From Nemertoderma westbladi (Eukaryota; Animalia; Xenacoelomorpha), in assembly GCA_032718475.1 (NCBI GenBank), contig JAUCBJ010006694.1:1-64000 (forward strand): a stretch of 64,000 bases of DNA, written 5' to 3'. Numbering within the stretch: the stretch's first letter is position 1; every line of letters begins with the position of its first letter. Under the pieces are notes generated by a model. The model was not told where the DNA came from. It saw only the letters and a program-made list of their open reading frames with translations, and did not search any database. A program made the translations under genes and the position numbers. This document shows positions 37,256 through 49,519 of this stretch, in pieces.

Positions 37256-38534
37256 ATGACGGAGTTGATAGAAGATGATCTTGGTATCAGGGAGCGATAT
37301 ACTCTACCTTTACAAGCATTTGTGGATAGCTTGATACGCGGTGAAACCGATCCAACCATTACGGAGGACGATGGTCGTTATATCGAACTGCCGACGTCCC
37401 AAGAGCAACTTATGCGTGAATTGGACTATCGAAAATTCACCGCTCGCTATACGCATCGTAATAATACGTATATGGACCTCCTAACTACCGGCCATCCTAT
37501 CGATTTACATGATACGGACGATGTAGACACCGAAAGGGAAATGGTTCTATTTAAATATCATACCCAGCGGCGTCGTAACGATAAATCGAGAATAGATCAC
37601 GAAAATTCTATTCGTAACAGACTGGGAAGACGAACCAATATGCCTAGAATCTGAGGAGATTCAGCCTATCGCGCTCGGAACAGCGACAACGATTACATCC
37701 TGGAATGGTATCAAGGTCCACTGCGTACGATTATCGCCATGACAACTGTGTTTCTCGGCAACGTTGTCGGTTATGCGCATCGAGAGACCATGTTACGCCC
37801 ATGGACACAGACGTCCGCTGTTCCTATTTCCACGAACAACCGGCGATGGAAATTTATTGCGCGTATTGCAGATTTAATGATTTGCACGTTTTTGCGGTTT
37901 GCCCTCAATTTGTGACTCAATGTCACCATTGTCAACTGGGGGGACACGCCAGTTTCGATTGCCCTTTTAATCGCAATTTGGAGGGCGTGGATGAAATGAT
38001 CACACTACGTTACATTAGAGCTTGGGAAGCGAAGGCTGATTTACATCGTGATTCGCGCCATCGCTATTATCCTGGACGCGCTTACGAAGGAATTTATGCG
38101 TTCCATTCTTATCTATTCGCTTCTGTCGAACAGAAATCACGCATATCGAGTTACAGGAAGTATATCGACGGCCTTACGAGTACAGAGCCCGCAAATGCGA
38201 GTTGGAAAGAACCATTAAACCAAGGAAGTTTCTAACTGCCTATGGTCCACCCACGGCCCTCGTTCAGACCACTCGTAAAGGACCCGTAAGAGCGGCTGTC
38301 TTGAAACGAGCTCTCAAAGCCGTTAGACCCCTCTCACCTGACGTTGATGTCAATCAACCCGGTACTTCGACTGGCGGATACACCGACCATAATCCTACAC
38401 CCTCTGATGCAATCATATTGCACCCTTCACCCAGGAGTTATAGCCCTCCTTGTAAAGTGGCTCGCCCCAAAGAGAAAGGGACTCTGGCTAGCTTTAAAAA
38501 ACTGCGTAAACGCCGTCCGCGCAAGAAAGACTAA
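37256..38534 (+). pseudogene. ORF2 remnant of B1 (exonuclease region deleted)
   Basis: N-terminal ~123 codons joined out of frame to the zinc-knuckle C-terminus, with further small deletions. Confidence 0.9.
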
Positions 38535-38612
38535 CTGTTTAGAGTATTTACGTATATTAGAAACTGTGATTTTGTATATTTCATAGACTCAAATCCCATT
38601 TTCTGGGAGCGG

Positions 38613-39870
38613 TGTAAAAGCTTCTGTGGGATATAACTGGCCCCTTTGCTTCGCAATCCAGTTTCCCCCCAGGCGCTGGAATACTCTAAAAGGGTTCTCT
38701 AACTGTATATATATTCCCCTCGCCCGCAAGGTACCGTTACAGGTGTTTTAACGGACATAAAAGTCATTCTGTTATATACGTGTTTTAGCGGACATGGTAA
38801 GGCAAAAAACCTGCAATGCACCAAATACCTTTCACAGCTTAGCCGTGATGATTCACATTACGACATCTAACAGCTGGTTGCTGACATGGAAACAGCCATT
38901 GGACGCATGGTTCTTTGTTTGGCTTGAGCCAATCAGAGCGTTTTTTCCTGTCGACGTGTAGCTTTTCGGCCGATCATAAGGAGAGTGTTCAGTCTTACTG
39001 TTTTTTACTTGATACTTTGTTGTTATTGCTGTCTAAGCCAGAAACACCGGCTCTAGAGTTAATTCTTTTCATACTTTAAGAAGAAACATTAGTAGGCTTA
39101 AATTATAGAGCGTATGACTGTTATCAGTCAAATCCATTCACAATTCAATACTTTGTTGTTATTACTGTTCAACATACATTATTATACTGCTATTTACTGT
39201 TGTGTTTGGTTGAATATTATTTGGAGAACATATATAAAGAACCCAAATTTCCCAATTTTCTTGATACACTACAGGTTAGAGAGACGGGTTATATATATAG
39301 CGATTGCGACTTATATTGTTGTGGTTTGTAGTGAATTTAATGCTATTTGATAAGCACTACATTGGTCCGTTGCTGTTCCCTTTATATATGATAAAATTCA
39401 TTGACGGTCGGCAAATTAGTGAGCAGTATTGTGTGTTACCGGTAGTGTGCATGATTGTGATTGATAACTAAGCATTTCCTAAAGAATGCGCCTCATACGT
39501 GAATCTTAAGCCTTACCGACTTACCGTTGTGATTAGTGTAAGTCATATCTCTGTTTACCTAGATAGAGCGCCACGTCCTAAAGGAACTGTTAATATTTCC
39601 CGAAAGTAAATAATATTAGTCAGAAATTAATTATTAACGATCAATCGAATAATACAATACCGTAAGCTTCACTGCAATAATAATTTAAGCCCTCAGAATC
39701 CAGTCTCCCGGGATTATCCAGCGGGTGAATGGACGCGCACTAGGCTGGCTTCTGCTAATGTTGTGTTTGTTGGTATTAAATATTTGTCATCTTCTAAAGT
39801 ATATTTATAAACCAAAAGACATATAAATTTTGGCAGGTTAAACTGCTAAAGGTCTTCAAAAGCACGTACA
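38613..39870 (+). repeat. 3' LTR of B1
   Basis: Follows the PPT; TG...CA; direct repeat of the 5' LTR. Confidence 0.95.
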
Positions 39871-40459
39871 ATAACAGTCATACGCTCTATAATTTAAGCC
39901 TACTAATGTTTCTTCTAAAAGTATGAAATGAATTGACTCTAGAGCCGTTGTTTCTGGCCTAGACAGCAATAACAACAAAGTATCAAGAAAAAACAGTAAG
40001 ACTGAACACTCTCCCTATGATCGACCGAAAAGCTACACGTCGACAGGAAAAATCGCTCTGATTGGTTCAAGCCAAACAAAGAACCATGCGTCCAATGGCT
40101 GTTTCCATGTCAGCAACCAGCTGTTAGATGTCGTAATATGAATCATCACGGCTAAGCTATGAAAGGTATTTGTCGCATTGCAGGTTTTTTGTCTTACCAT
40201 GTCCGCTAAAACACGTATATAGCAGAATGACTTTTATGTCCGTTAAAACACCTGTAACGGTACCTTGAGGGCGAGGGGAATATTTATACAGTTAGAGAAC
40301 CTTTTTAGAGTATTCCAGCGCCTGGGGGGAAACTGGATTGCGAAGCAAAGGGGCCAGTTATATCCCACAGAAGCTTTTACACCGCTCCCAGAAAATGGGA
40401 TTTGAGTCTATAAAATATACAAAATCACAGTTTCTAATATACGTAAATACTCTAAACAG

Positions 40460-41908
40460 TTAGTCTTTCTTGCGCGGACGGCGTTTACGCAGTTTTTTAA
40501 AGCTAGCAAGAGTCCTTTTCTCTTTGGAGCGAGCCACTTTACAAGGAGGGCTATAACTCCTGGGTGAAGGGTGCAATATGATTGCATCAGAGGGTGTAGG
40601 ATTATGGTCGGTGTATCCGCCAGTCGAAGTACCGGGTTGATTGACATCAACGTCAGGTGAGAGGGGTCTAACGGCTTTGAGAGCTCGTTTCAAGACAGCC
40701 GCTCTTACGGGTCCTTTACGAGTGGTCTGAACGAGGGCCGTGGGTGGACCATAGGCAGTTAGAAACTTCCGGGGTTTAATGGTCCTTTCCAACTCGCGTT
40801 CGCGGGCTCGGTATTCGTAAGGCCTTCGATGTACTTCCTGCAACTCGGGATGTGAGTTAACAAACAAGTCTCCATAGTCCGGATCCTGACGGATATAATT
40901 GATTAAGTTATAGGAATGAAGGTCGCTAGGATTAACACTCCTGAGAAATTTGCGTACGAATTTAGTTGAAATACATTCTCCGACGCGCTTCAGTAGCTCG
41001 TAACTCGATATGCGTGATTTCTGTTCAACAGAAGCGAATAGATAAGGATGGAACGCATAAACTCCTTCGTAAGCGCGTCCGGGATAATAGCGATGGCGCG
41101 AATCACAATGTAAATCAGCGTTCGCTTCCCAAGCTCTGATGTAACGTAGTGTGATCATTTCATCTACGCTTTCCAAATCGTGATTAAAAGGGCAATCGAA
41201 ACTGGCGTGTCCCTTTAGTTGACAATGGTGACATTGAGTCATAAATTGAGGGCAAACCGCAAAAACGTGCAAATTATTAAATCTGCAATACGCGCAATAA
41301 ATTTCCATCGCCGGTTGTTCGTGGAAATAGGAACAGCGGACGTTTGTGTCCATGGGCGTAACATGGTCTCTCGATGCGCATAACCGACAACGTTGCCGAG
41401 AAACATAGTTGGCATGGCGATAATTGTACGCAGTGAGACACTGTGGACCTTGATACCATTCTAGGATATAATCGTTGTCGCTGTTCCGGGCGCGATAGGC
41501 TGAATCTCCTCAGATTCTAGGCATATTGGTTCGTCTTCCCAGTCTGTTACGAATAGAATTTTCGTGATCTATTTTCGGTTTATCGTTACGACTCCGCTGG
41601 GTATGATATTTAAATAGAACCATTTCCCTTTCGGTGTCTACATCGTCCGTATCATGTAAATCGATAGGATGGCCGGTAGTTAGGAAGTCCATATACGTAC
41701 CATTACGATGCGTATAGCGAGCGGTGAATTTTCGATAGTCCAATTCACGCGCAAGTTGCTCTTGGGACATCGGCGGTTCGATATAACGACCATCGTCCTC
41801 CGTAATGGTTGGATCGGCTTCACCGCGTATTAAGCTATCCACAAATGCTTGTAAAGGTAGAGTATATCGCTCCCTAATACCAAGATCATCTTCTATTAAC
41901 TCCGTCAT
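40460..41908 (-). pseudogene. ORF2 remnant of B2 (same exonuclease deletion; zinc-knuckle C-terminal frame still open)
   Basis: ORFs 41510-41908 and 40460-41353 match the ORF2 N- and C-termini. Confidence 0.9.
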
Positions 41909-42369
41909 ATCTGCTATCTGAGTTTATTAATATCAAATAAGTTTGTATTTAGGCGAGCGGGCGTCGCTGCCTACTTTTCTTTGCCCCCGGACAGTGGGAT
42001 TCTCAGCGCCGATGTACCGTCGTCGCGGTGTTTACGCCAACATGTAGCAACAGCACGACAACGATAACCGGCACAAGTCACTCCACTGTCCGTCCCAAAG
42101 GCTTGGATCCACTTAGGTTCTTTCTATAGGAGAGTTGGGCTATTTTTACAATTGCGACTAGCTACTGTAAACATACTTTAGCAGTAACATTCACCTATAA
42201 ACGCACAAATTCCACACAACTGTCAACAACTGCACACACACAGGCCATTTGTCCGTTAGTCAGTGCCTTCCAGAATGTCACTTTATTACTGTGTATCCTT
42301 GGATACTAACAGTGTGCTATGTATTCTCTATGCTAGGCAATGGGACAAGCTTTCTATTGTTCTTTTAAC

Positions 42370-43905
42370 GTTCGCGCTATTCATTAATGATTTAGAGGCG
42401 GAACTACGGGATGGAGGAATTCAGGGCCTGGATGTAGGTGCGCTCAAACTTTTCCTGTTACTTTATGCTGATGATATCGTGTTGGTTAGTGAAAGTATTA
42501 GTGGACTACAGGGTGCACTCGATATCCTTGGTTGCTATGCCGACTATTGGGGTTTGCGGGTTAACATGGACAAGTCCAATATTATGATTTTTAAAAACGG
42601 TGGGAATCTTGCACAGCGTGAACGGTGGACTTTCCACAATCGTGAACTCAAAATTGTCTCTGACTATACTTACCTAGGAGTAATATTTTCTCCCTCTGGC
42701 GGATTCAGGAAAGCGGAGTGTTCTCTTGCAGAGAAGGCCTCTAAAGCATATTTTGTACTCTTAAAATATTTTTCGAAATTCCCAAACATTTCACTGAGCT
42801 TAAAAGTTCATATCTTCAATACACTTGTGAAACCGATCCTGGAATATGGAAGTGAAATCTGGGGTTTCCACAGCGCTCCAGAGTGCGAACGAGTTCAACT
42901 TAAATTTCTAAAACGGTTATTGGGGGTAAAGTCAGGAACACCTAACTTCATGAGTTATGGTGAAACTGGAGTATTCCCGCTAGCATTGTCTAGGGAAATT
43001 CGTATAGTAAAATATTGGATTAAAATTATTAATTTACCAGACTCGCGTTTAGTCAAGCAGGCGTATCTTATGCTACTTCAGGACTGTCTGACTTTCAATG
43101 ACAGTAACTGGGTTTCTGGTGTGCGCGATCTGCTTAATAAGTCTGGTAAAAGTTGGGCGTGGGTCAACCAGTCGGTCAGCTGTAATAAAATGTTTATTAA
43201 ATCTCTAGAACGTACATTACAGGATAACTTCATCCAGTCTTGGTGGAGTGCGATAGAAAATTCTCCCAAGGGAATTTGGTATTTCAAGAGGGTGTTTGGG
43301 GCAGAAAACTACTTAAACTCACTTAGTGGTTACCCTACACTGTGTAAGACTGTGAGCCGCCTAAGGTGTTCCTCACACGATCTACAATTTGAATACGGAC
43401 GTTGGCATAATGTACCGCGTAACGATAGATTATGCCAGCTCTGTAACCTCCAAGAAGTGGAGGATGAATACCACTTTGTACTTAAATGTCCGCTCTATCA
43501 TGATCTACGCATTAAATTTTTGGCAGTAAGATATCATAGAAATCCTTCATCGGTCAAATTTCTTGAACTCCTCAGTCTGACGTCGGATTCCAAAATTAAG
43601 CAGTTTGGTGTGTTTTTATATCACGCCTTTAAATTACGACTGGAGGCTAAAACCTAGTTAGTACGTATTACGTGTGTTGAATGTTTGTGGTGTGAGTATG
43701 TGTTGGTAGTTCTTCGGTTTAGGTTGTTATTATGTAGATATAATATATATTATGTTCCTACTTTACGCACTGGGTTCACCTATGTATTTCTTTTCTAAAT
43801 GTATTTGTACTCCGGTATTGTAGCGTGCAGTTGATACTACATACTTTGCTCTCAACAATAGCCTTAATTGGCTTGTTGTGATTAACAATAAACATTATAA
43901 CATTA
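42370..43905 (+). mobile_element. 5'-truncated RTEX-like LINE inserted in B2
   Basis: LLYADD, YTYLG, LEYGSEIWG, C-terminal RLRCSSH...CQLC...EDEYHFVLKCPLY; stop at 43657. AATAAA plus (AACATTAT)2 tail. TSD TTTAAC at 42364-42369 and 43906-43911; other copies show the empty site. Confidence 0.88.
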
Positions 43906-45073
43906 TTTAACTTGTTTCTAATTCTAGCGTGGGTGTTGCTATGGTGACATTATGGAATGCTAGCGGTAGAATTAGGGTAATTCTCATGCATACAGATCTG
44001 GGATGCTATTTAGTAATAATTCTTTAATTGTCAATATCCTCTTTATGCATGATTTTGTTAATTTTATCGGCTATTGACTATATGTTGGAGATTCTCGCAC
44101 TCTAATACACTCAATAGGATGAATCTCCGCTCCCATGATCTATTAATTAATAGAATTTTGGGAATGTTATAAATTGTACAAAATGACAATTTATGAAATT
44201 CATTTAAAATATGAATTTAAATTTATTCCCGTGAATTTTATTATTTGATGTTAAAATTGACACAATTTGATTCCAGAGCAGGTCTGGGGACATAGGATCC
44301 TTAATTCTATGAAATTTGTCTTTTAAGAGTATCGGGAAGTGCTACGATATCTTAATCGACTAGAATTGTTAACGGATCCGAATTTTACAGATTTTAATAA
44401 ATATTAAGTTAATATTTAAGATAGGCACCGATTTATTCCAGAACTTGTCTGGGGACGTTAACCACTGATTCTAGAATTTGTCTTTCAAGTATATCGGTGG
44501 GTGCCGCGATATCTTAATCGACTAGAATTACAGATGGTCAAAAAGTTTAACAGATTTATTTGCGTTTTACGCTACTGTTAGAGGGACATCACGCTACTAT
44601 ATGTATTATTTAATATAAGGTAGAAGAGCAATATCGCACGAAGCAATGTCAGTGTGAAGAGGCAAGTCGTTTCCAAGGTCTACCCAGAGCTTGGCTTAGC
44701 CGAGACACGAGGATCTGAACTTTGCATTCCTAATACTCTGCCTACCAATAATACTTGAATATAGTAGTGGCTTTATTGTACTTTAAGAAGTACGGACATT
44801 TCATCTTACTGTAGTCACGTATTTATAATATGATACTGACAGTAAGAAAAGAGAAAAAATTATTTCTCGCCGTCGCACTAAATATATATTATAAGTAATT
44901 ACGTACGTAATAAACACTAATATATTGCACTAATCTACTAAATAATACTAAAATAACATTCTACTAAATAAAATTGAATAAAAACGATTATAATAAAGTA
45001 CATAATAAAGTTCGCATGTAAAAATATAATAAAATAGATAAAACAATATAGTCATACACCCACTCCAGACGTA

Positions 45074-48000
45074 TCACGTTAGGGAGTCCCTAGATGTTTG
45101 AGGAATTAGGGAGGTGGTCGTGGGAAGAGTGTCTTGCCTTCCATAGTTTCCAGAGAGTTCCCTGTCTCTTTCCAGTAAACATAAACGACCAACTGGGCGA
45201 TTGAGTTGTTGCGTCTCAAAGATGATGCCTGGTTTCTTGAAGTTACGCCGCATGACGATGAGTTCTACTGAGCGTACTAAACCATCATCTGAAATGTGTG
45301 TCTCGATGATACGACCTGTCTGCCACCGTTTACGTGGGAGGTCTGGATCTACAATAAGCACCATATCTCCGGCGCTGACGTTTTCTTGCTGCGCAAACCA
45401 CTTAGTTCGAAGTTGTAGCGTGGGCAGATAATGTTTCTCGAAATGGTCAGCGAAACGACGGGATAGCAACTGCATAAGTTGCCAAGTTCGATGGCAGTAT
45501 TCGTCTCCGTCGGCAATCTCCGATCGTGGGAGCATGGCTACGGGTTTCTTCAGTAGGAAGTGCGCGGGTGTTAGCGCTTCCAGGGAATTGGGACTCGATG
45601 AGACTGGCATAAGCGGTCTCTCGTTGAGATAGGCAGCGATTTCCTCCATTAACGTCCGCAAAAGTTCGTCGGTGAGATACGCGCGGCATGGCACTATAAA
45701 GTGAAATGCGGTTTTGACACTTCGAATTAATCTCTCCCAACTTCCTCCCCACCAAGGGGCGTCGGCAGCGTTGAAGGTCCAGCTAGACGCTGTTATCCTT
45801 AGCTGGTCGTCCACCTGTGTTTGGTTCCAGTCCTTCACGTAAGCCTGTATCTCGTTGTTGGCACCTATGAAGTTCGTTCCTTTATCCGATCTCATGGTAT
45901 TACTTGTCCCGAAGCGAGCGATCTGTCGTCGTAAACTTAAGACGAAGCTGTTAGTAGATAGATCGTTCACCATATCGAGATGGATGGCTCTACAAGTCAT
46001 GCACACGAAAATGACACACCATCTCTTGACTATAGTCCTCGCACGATATACTTCAATAGGGCCAAATAAATCTACACCAGTATTAGTAAAAGGTGGTTCA
46101 TAGAAGCTTACTCGTTCCCTAGGTAATTCTGCCTCTCGCTGTGTTAAAGGCCTACTGAATGCTTTCCTACAGGGTATGCAGTTCCTAAGAACTTGGTTCA
46201 GAGCTCTACGGGGTTTATCAAAATAATAGCGAGTTCGAATTTCGCTAAGAATTCGTTCTCTACCAGCATGGTAAAGTTTACCGTGAACGTCTACAATCAT
46301 CTTGATTTGTACTTCAAGATTTCTAATAAGTATGGGGAATTTGGTGTCAAAGGATAAGGGCGCGTTGGTGAGTCTTCCTCCAACACGTATTAACCCATCT
46401 ATCATTGTGCTCGAGAATCGATCCCTTAAGCGCATCTGTGGATTTCTCAACAACAGGAAGTACTTTTCGGAATCCTCATAGCATTGCAGGAGTCTCAGTA
46501 TCTGTTTATTTGTTTCTTCATACTCCTGGTGACTAATTTTCTCTTTTAGAAAATGATCAGATATCTTATATTTGGGTAAATTCTTAATAACATGAACTTG
46601 TGCAGATGTCAATGGAGCGTGATCACTAATGGTCTTCGTCCTGGAGTAGTGATGATGAAAACATCGTCTTAAATATGTGACGGCTTTACAGAGCCGATTC
46701 CAGGAACTGTAATGATGCATTGCTCTCTGCAGCATGGGTGAGATTCCTTGCGAGACGTCTGGTATTCCAGATTTCCAATCTCTATCTCTAATTTCCACAA
46801 CAGACTTATTTGTGTTGAGGGATTGTGGATCCGAAACATCATTCCCGGAAGTGTGTAATACTGATAGATCGATAGTCGGTTTAAATAACTTCGATTTACT
46901 CGCCCGGGTTTTAGGTTTGACGGTCTCCGCTCCCTTGGCTTGTCTAATCTCTGCCGTAGTAAGGTGAGGAGGCCATTCATCCTCTTCCTTGCTCAGGAAG
47001 TCGGGTCCACCCAACCAATCTGGAGTATCTATCAGTTCCTGTGGAGTTGCTCCCCTGGAGGCGATATCGGCTGGATTAATCGTACCAGGGCAATGTCTCC
47101 ATTGATCTATCTTTGTGCGACTAAGAATAATAGCTACTCGGTTAGTAACAAAAACGCTAAACTGACAGACTTCATTGGTGAGATACTCCAACACGAGTAA
47201 AGCGTCGGTCCAATAAACCGTTTTCTCCAGTGGATAGTCGATTTGTTCCGTTACGTTCCGGCCGATGGCTGTAGCGTATAAAGCCGCCTTTAACTCCGCT
47301 CGAGGAACCTTTAACTTGTTGTTAATCAATGCCTTAGAGGTAACCAAGGCGACCTTGATTCCATCCGGAGTTTCGACTCGCAGATATGCTACTATACCTA
47401 TTCCCATATCGCTGGCGTCTCCAAACACATGGAGTTGATAAGAATACTTAGGAAGAACATGGCCAAAATATGCATGGGAAATTATAAAGTTCTCGATGGC
47501 AGGTAGAGAATCTTCCCATTTCATCCATTTCTTCAACAATTCTCCCTTAAGCGGATCGTCCCATGAGTGGTTTTCAAGCCACATCTGTTGTACTAAACTC
47601 CGAGCAATCAATATAACTGGGCTAATAAATCCCAATGGGTCGAAATAAGTGCTCAGGATACTTAAACAAATCCGTTTGGTCCGAACTGGATTATCTCGCT
47701 GTTTCAACTGAAAAAACAGGATGTCTCTTTCAGTGTCCCACTTCAAGCCTAGCGTCTTGGTTTCAGGAAGATCGTCCTTTATTAAGTCTAGATCTTTCGC
47801 TCCGCGGTCTTCTACCGGTATCGCTTCCAGAAACTCACGGGAGTTGCTAGTGAATTTCGTCAGTCGAAATCCACCTCTTTTCAAACACTCTACCGTTCCT
47901 TTCGCGACAGCTATGGCTTCTTCTACTGATGGAAGGGACCTTAAATTGTCGTCCATGTATATATTGCGTTTTATGTTGTCTATCACTTCTTTGGAGAAGG

Positions 48001-48335
48001 AGTCTCGGTTATCATTCGCAGTGGTTCGCACCACGGAGCAGGCGTTGGAAGGGCTTGATATGATCCCAAAAGCCTGGATGGTCATCCAGTACTCTACCGG
48101 TTTCTGGTTGAGGTCTCCTTCAGGCCACCACAGAAATCTCAGGCTATCTCTATCTCTATCCAGCGCCTTGACTTGTAAGAACATTCCTTCTATATCAGAG
48201 GCGAACGCGATGGAATATTGTCTTAATCTTAATAGTATTCCCAACAAAGATTGGAGTAAGTTGGGTCCTGGTAACAACTCGGAATTGAGGGATTGGCCCA
48301 TATATAGAGCAGAGCCATCAAATACGACTCGTACT
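45074..48335 (-). CDS. Open RT-RNase H-integrase portion of BEL/Pao pol (B2), 5'-truncated
   Basis: YMDD; Pao RNase H motifs VFGDAS, PRAEL, YWTD, NPADIASRG; full integrase. The only copy here with complete RNase H. Confidence 0.9.
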
Positions 48336-49519
48336 ATAGTGCAAGGGAGTCACTGAAGGCCCTCGTGTCTAGCGAACCATGAATCAACATGGTGCCGTGG
48401 TACCGTCTAGTTGGCCTGTTGCCGTACTGCCAGTCCTGTACACAGTAGGGGTGGTGGCATGGCGTGATTTGTGGTTTATGTGGTCTATGTGGTAGGTCTA
48501 TGTGTGGTATGTATGAGTTGACCAGACTCTTTACTGTCTCCAATCGGTTGCCAAAACGTGTCTTTTCCCAGGGTAGCACTATTGGAATGGAGGTGTTGCA
48601 TCGGAATGGACAGGTTCCTGATGATTCTGTTGGTACTACTATTGGAATGGAGGTGGCACCCGGAATATCGGCTGCAAGGAGGGGTTAGTGTTGTAGTGTG
48701 GTCCGAGTGAATGATACTCTGGAATCTGTGGTTTGTGTGTGTACGTGGTATACGTGAGTGTATGTATGGCCACTGCGAGTGGGTATGGGAACCCTTACCG
48801 GTTGGTTCAGTCGCCGCTGGTTATTAGTAGGACCATATTTTACTGCGCCTCAGCATACTTTGTGCACACAAAGTTATTTTACCCTGTCGGTAAAATAAAG
48901 TACTCTCGACTTTTTATTAGTCGATACAATTTTGACCCCTCTTATTTTGTCACCGATTTTGTCTTCCCCGATTATGTCCTCTGTGTGTGCGTGGTATGCG
49001 TCAGATTTTGTGTTTACCGTAGTGTACTTAATATTGTGAACATCTATTGAGTACACGTGTACAGTGACTGGTAAGTGGTTACTTGTTCCTAGCTTTCGAG
49101 CTAGTCAGTATTGTTTGCGGAACCGACTTCCCCTCAATACTGCCGGCGAGGCGGGTGAAAACGGTCAATATTCCATGTGGGTAGCGCAAGCCCGCTTGGG
49201 ACAAGACCGTCGGTTTGGCTCAAGGGCGACCTTGATGCTCGATCGCTATCGACTGGTCCACCCGCCGGTTGACTCTCTGAGTTGGCTCAATGTACAGTCA
49301 GGCCACAGTAAGTTGACAGTAGCCGACCATCTGGCTACACCGACGAGCTGTGCCGGTGTGATCGGGGGATTGAAAAGTGAACCCGGGAAGCATCGGGCTA
49401 CCCTCCGGCCCAGTCTGATCGGAGTCGGACTGGCCCCAAGGGTGGTGGGACAGCGTCCGCCTCATGGGTGCGCCTCGGAGTCATCAGAGAGGAGCCCAGA
49501 AGGACGCAAGCGAGGTCTC

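Larger units (their letters stand above)
27985..39870 (+). mobile_element. BEL/Pao copy B1: two LTRs, internally deleted, non-autonomous
   Basis: LTRs 27985-29242 and 38613-39870 (both 1258 bp). gag and protease kept; RT, most of RNase H and integrase deleted. ORF2 internally deleted. No matching TSD (CAGTC vs ATAAC). Confidence 0.95.
39871..48335 (-). mobile_element. BEL/Pao copy B2, inverted; 5'-truncated inside RT and 3' LTR truncated at the 11-mer
   Basis: Reverse complement of pol, spacer, ORF2 remnant, PPT and the first 511 bp of the LTR (40381 down to 39871). Confidence 0.95.

Noticed and set aside
39374-39790. A-to-G changes in the B1 3' LTR as ADAR footprints
   Set aside because: Only about three sites, mixed with other transitions; not distinguishable from ordinary mutation.
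42263-42369. N-terminus of the 464-aa ORF
   Set aside because: Antisense BEL spacer sequence fortuitously in frame with the truncated LINE.
47721-48356. Long antisense ORFs over RT (also 53494-54138 and 8434-8778)
   Set aside because: Shadow frames of conserved pol codons; lengths vary between copies and there are no motifs.
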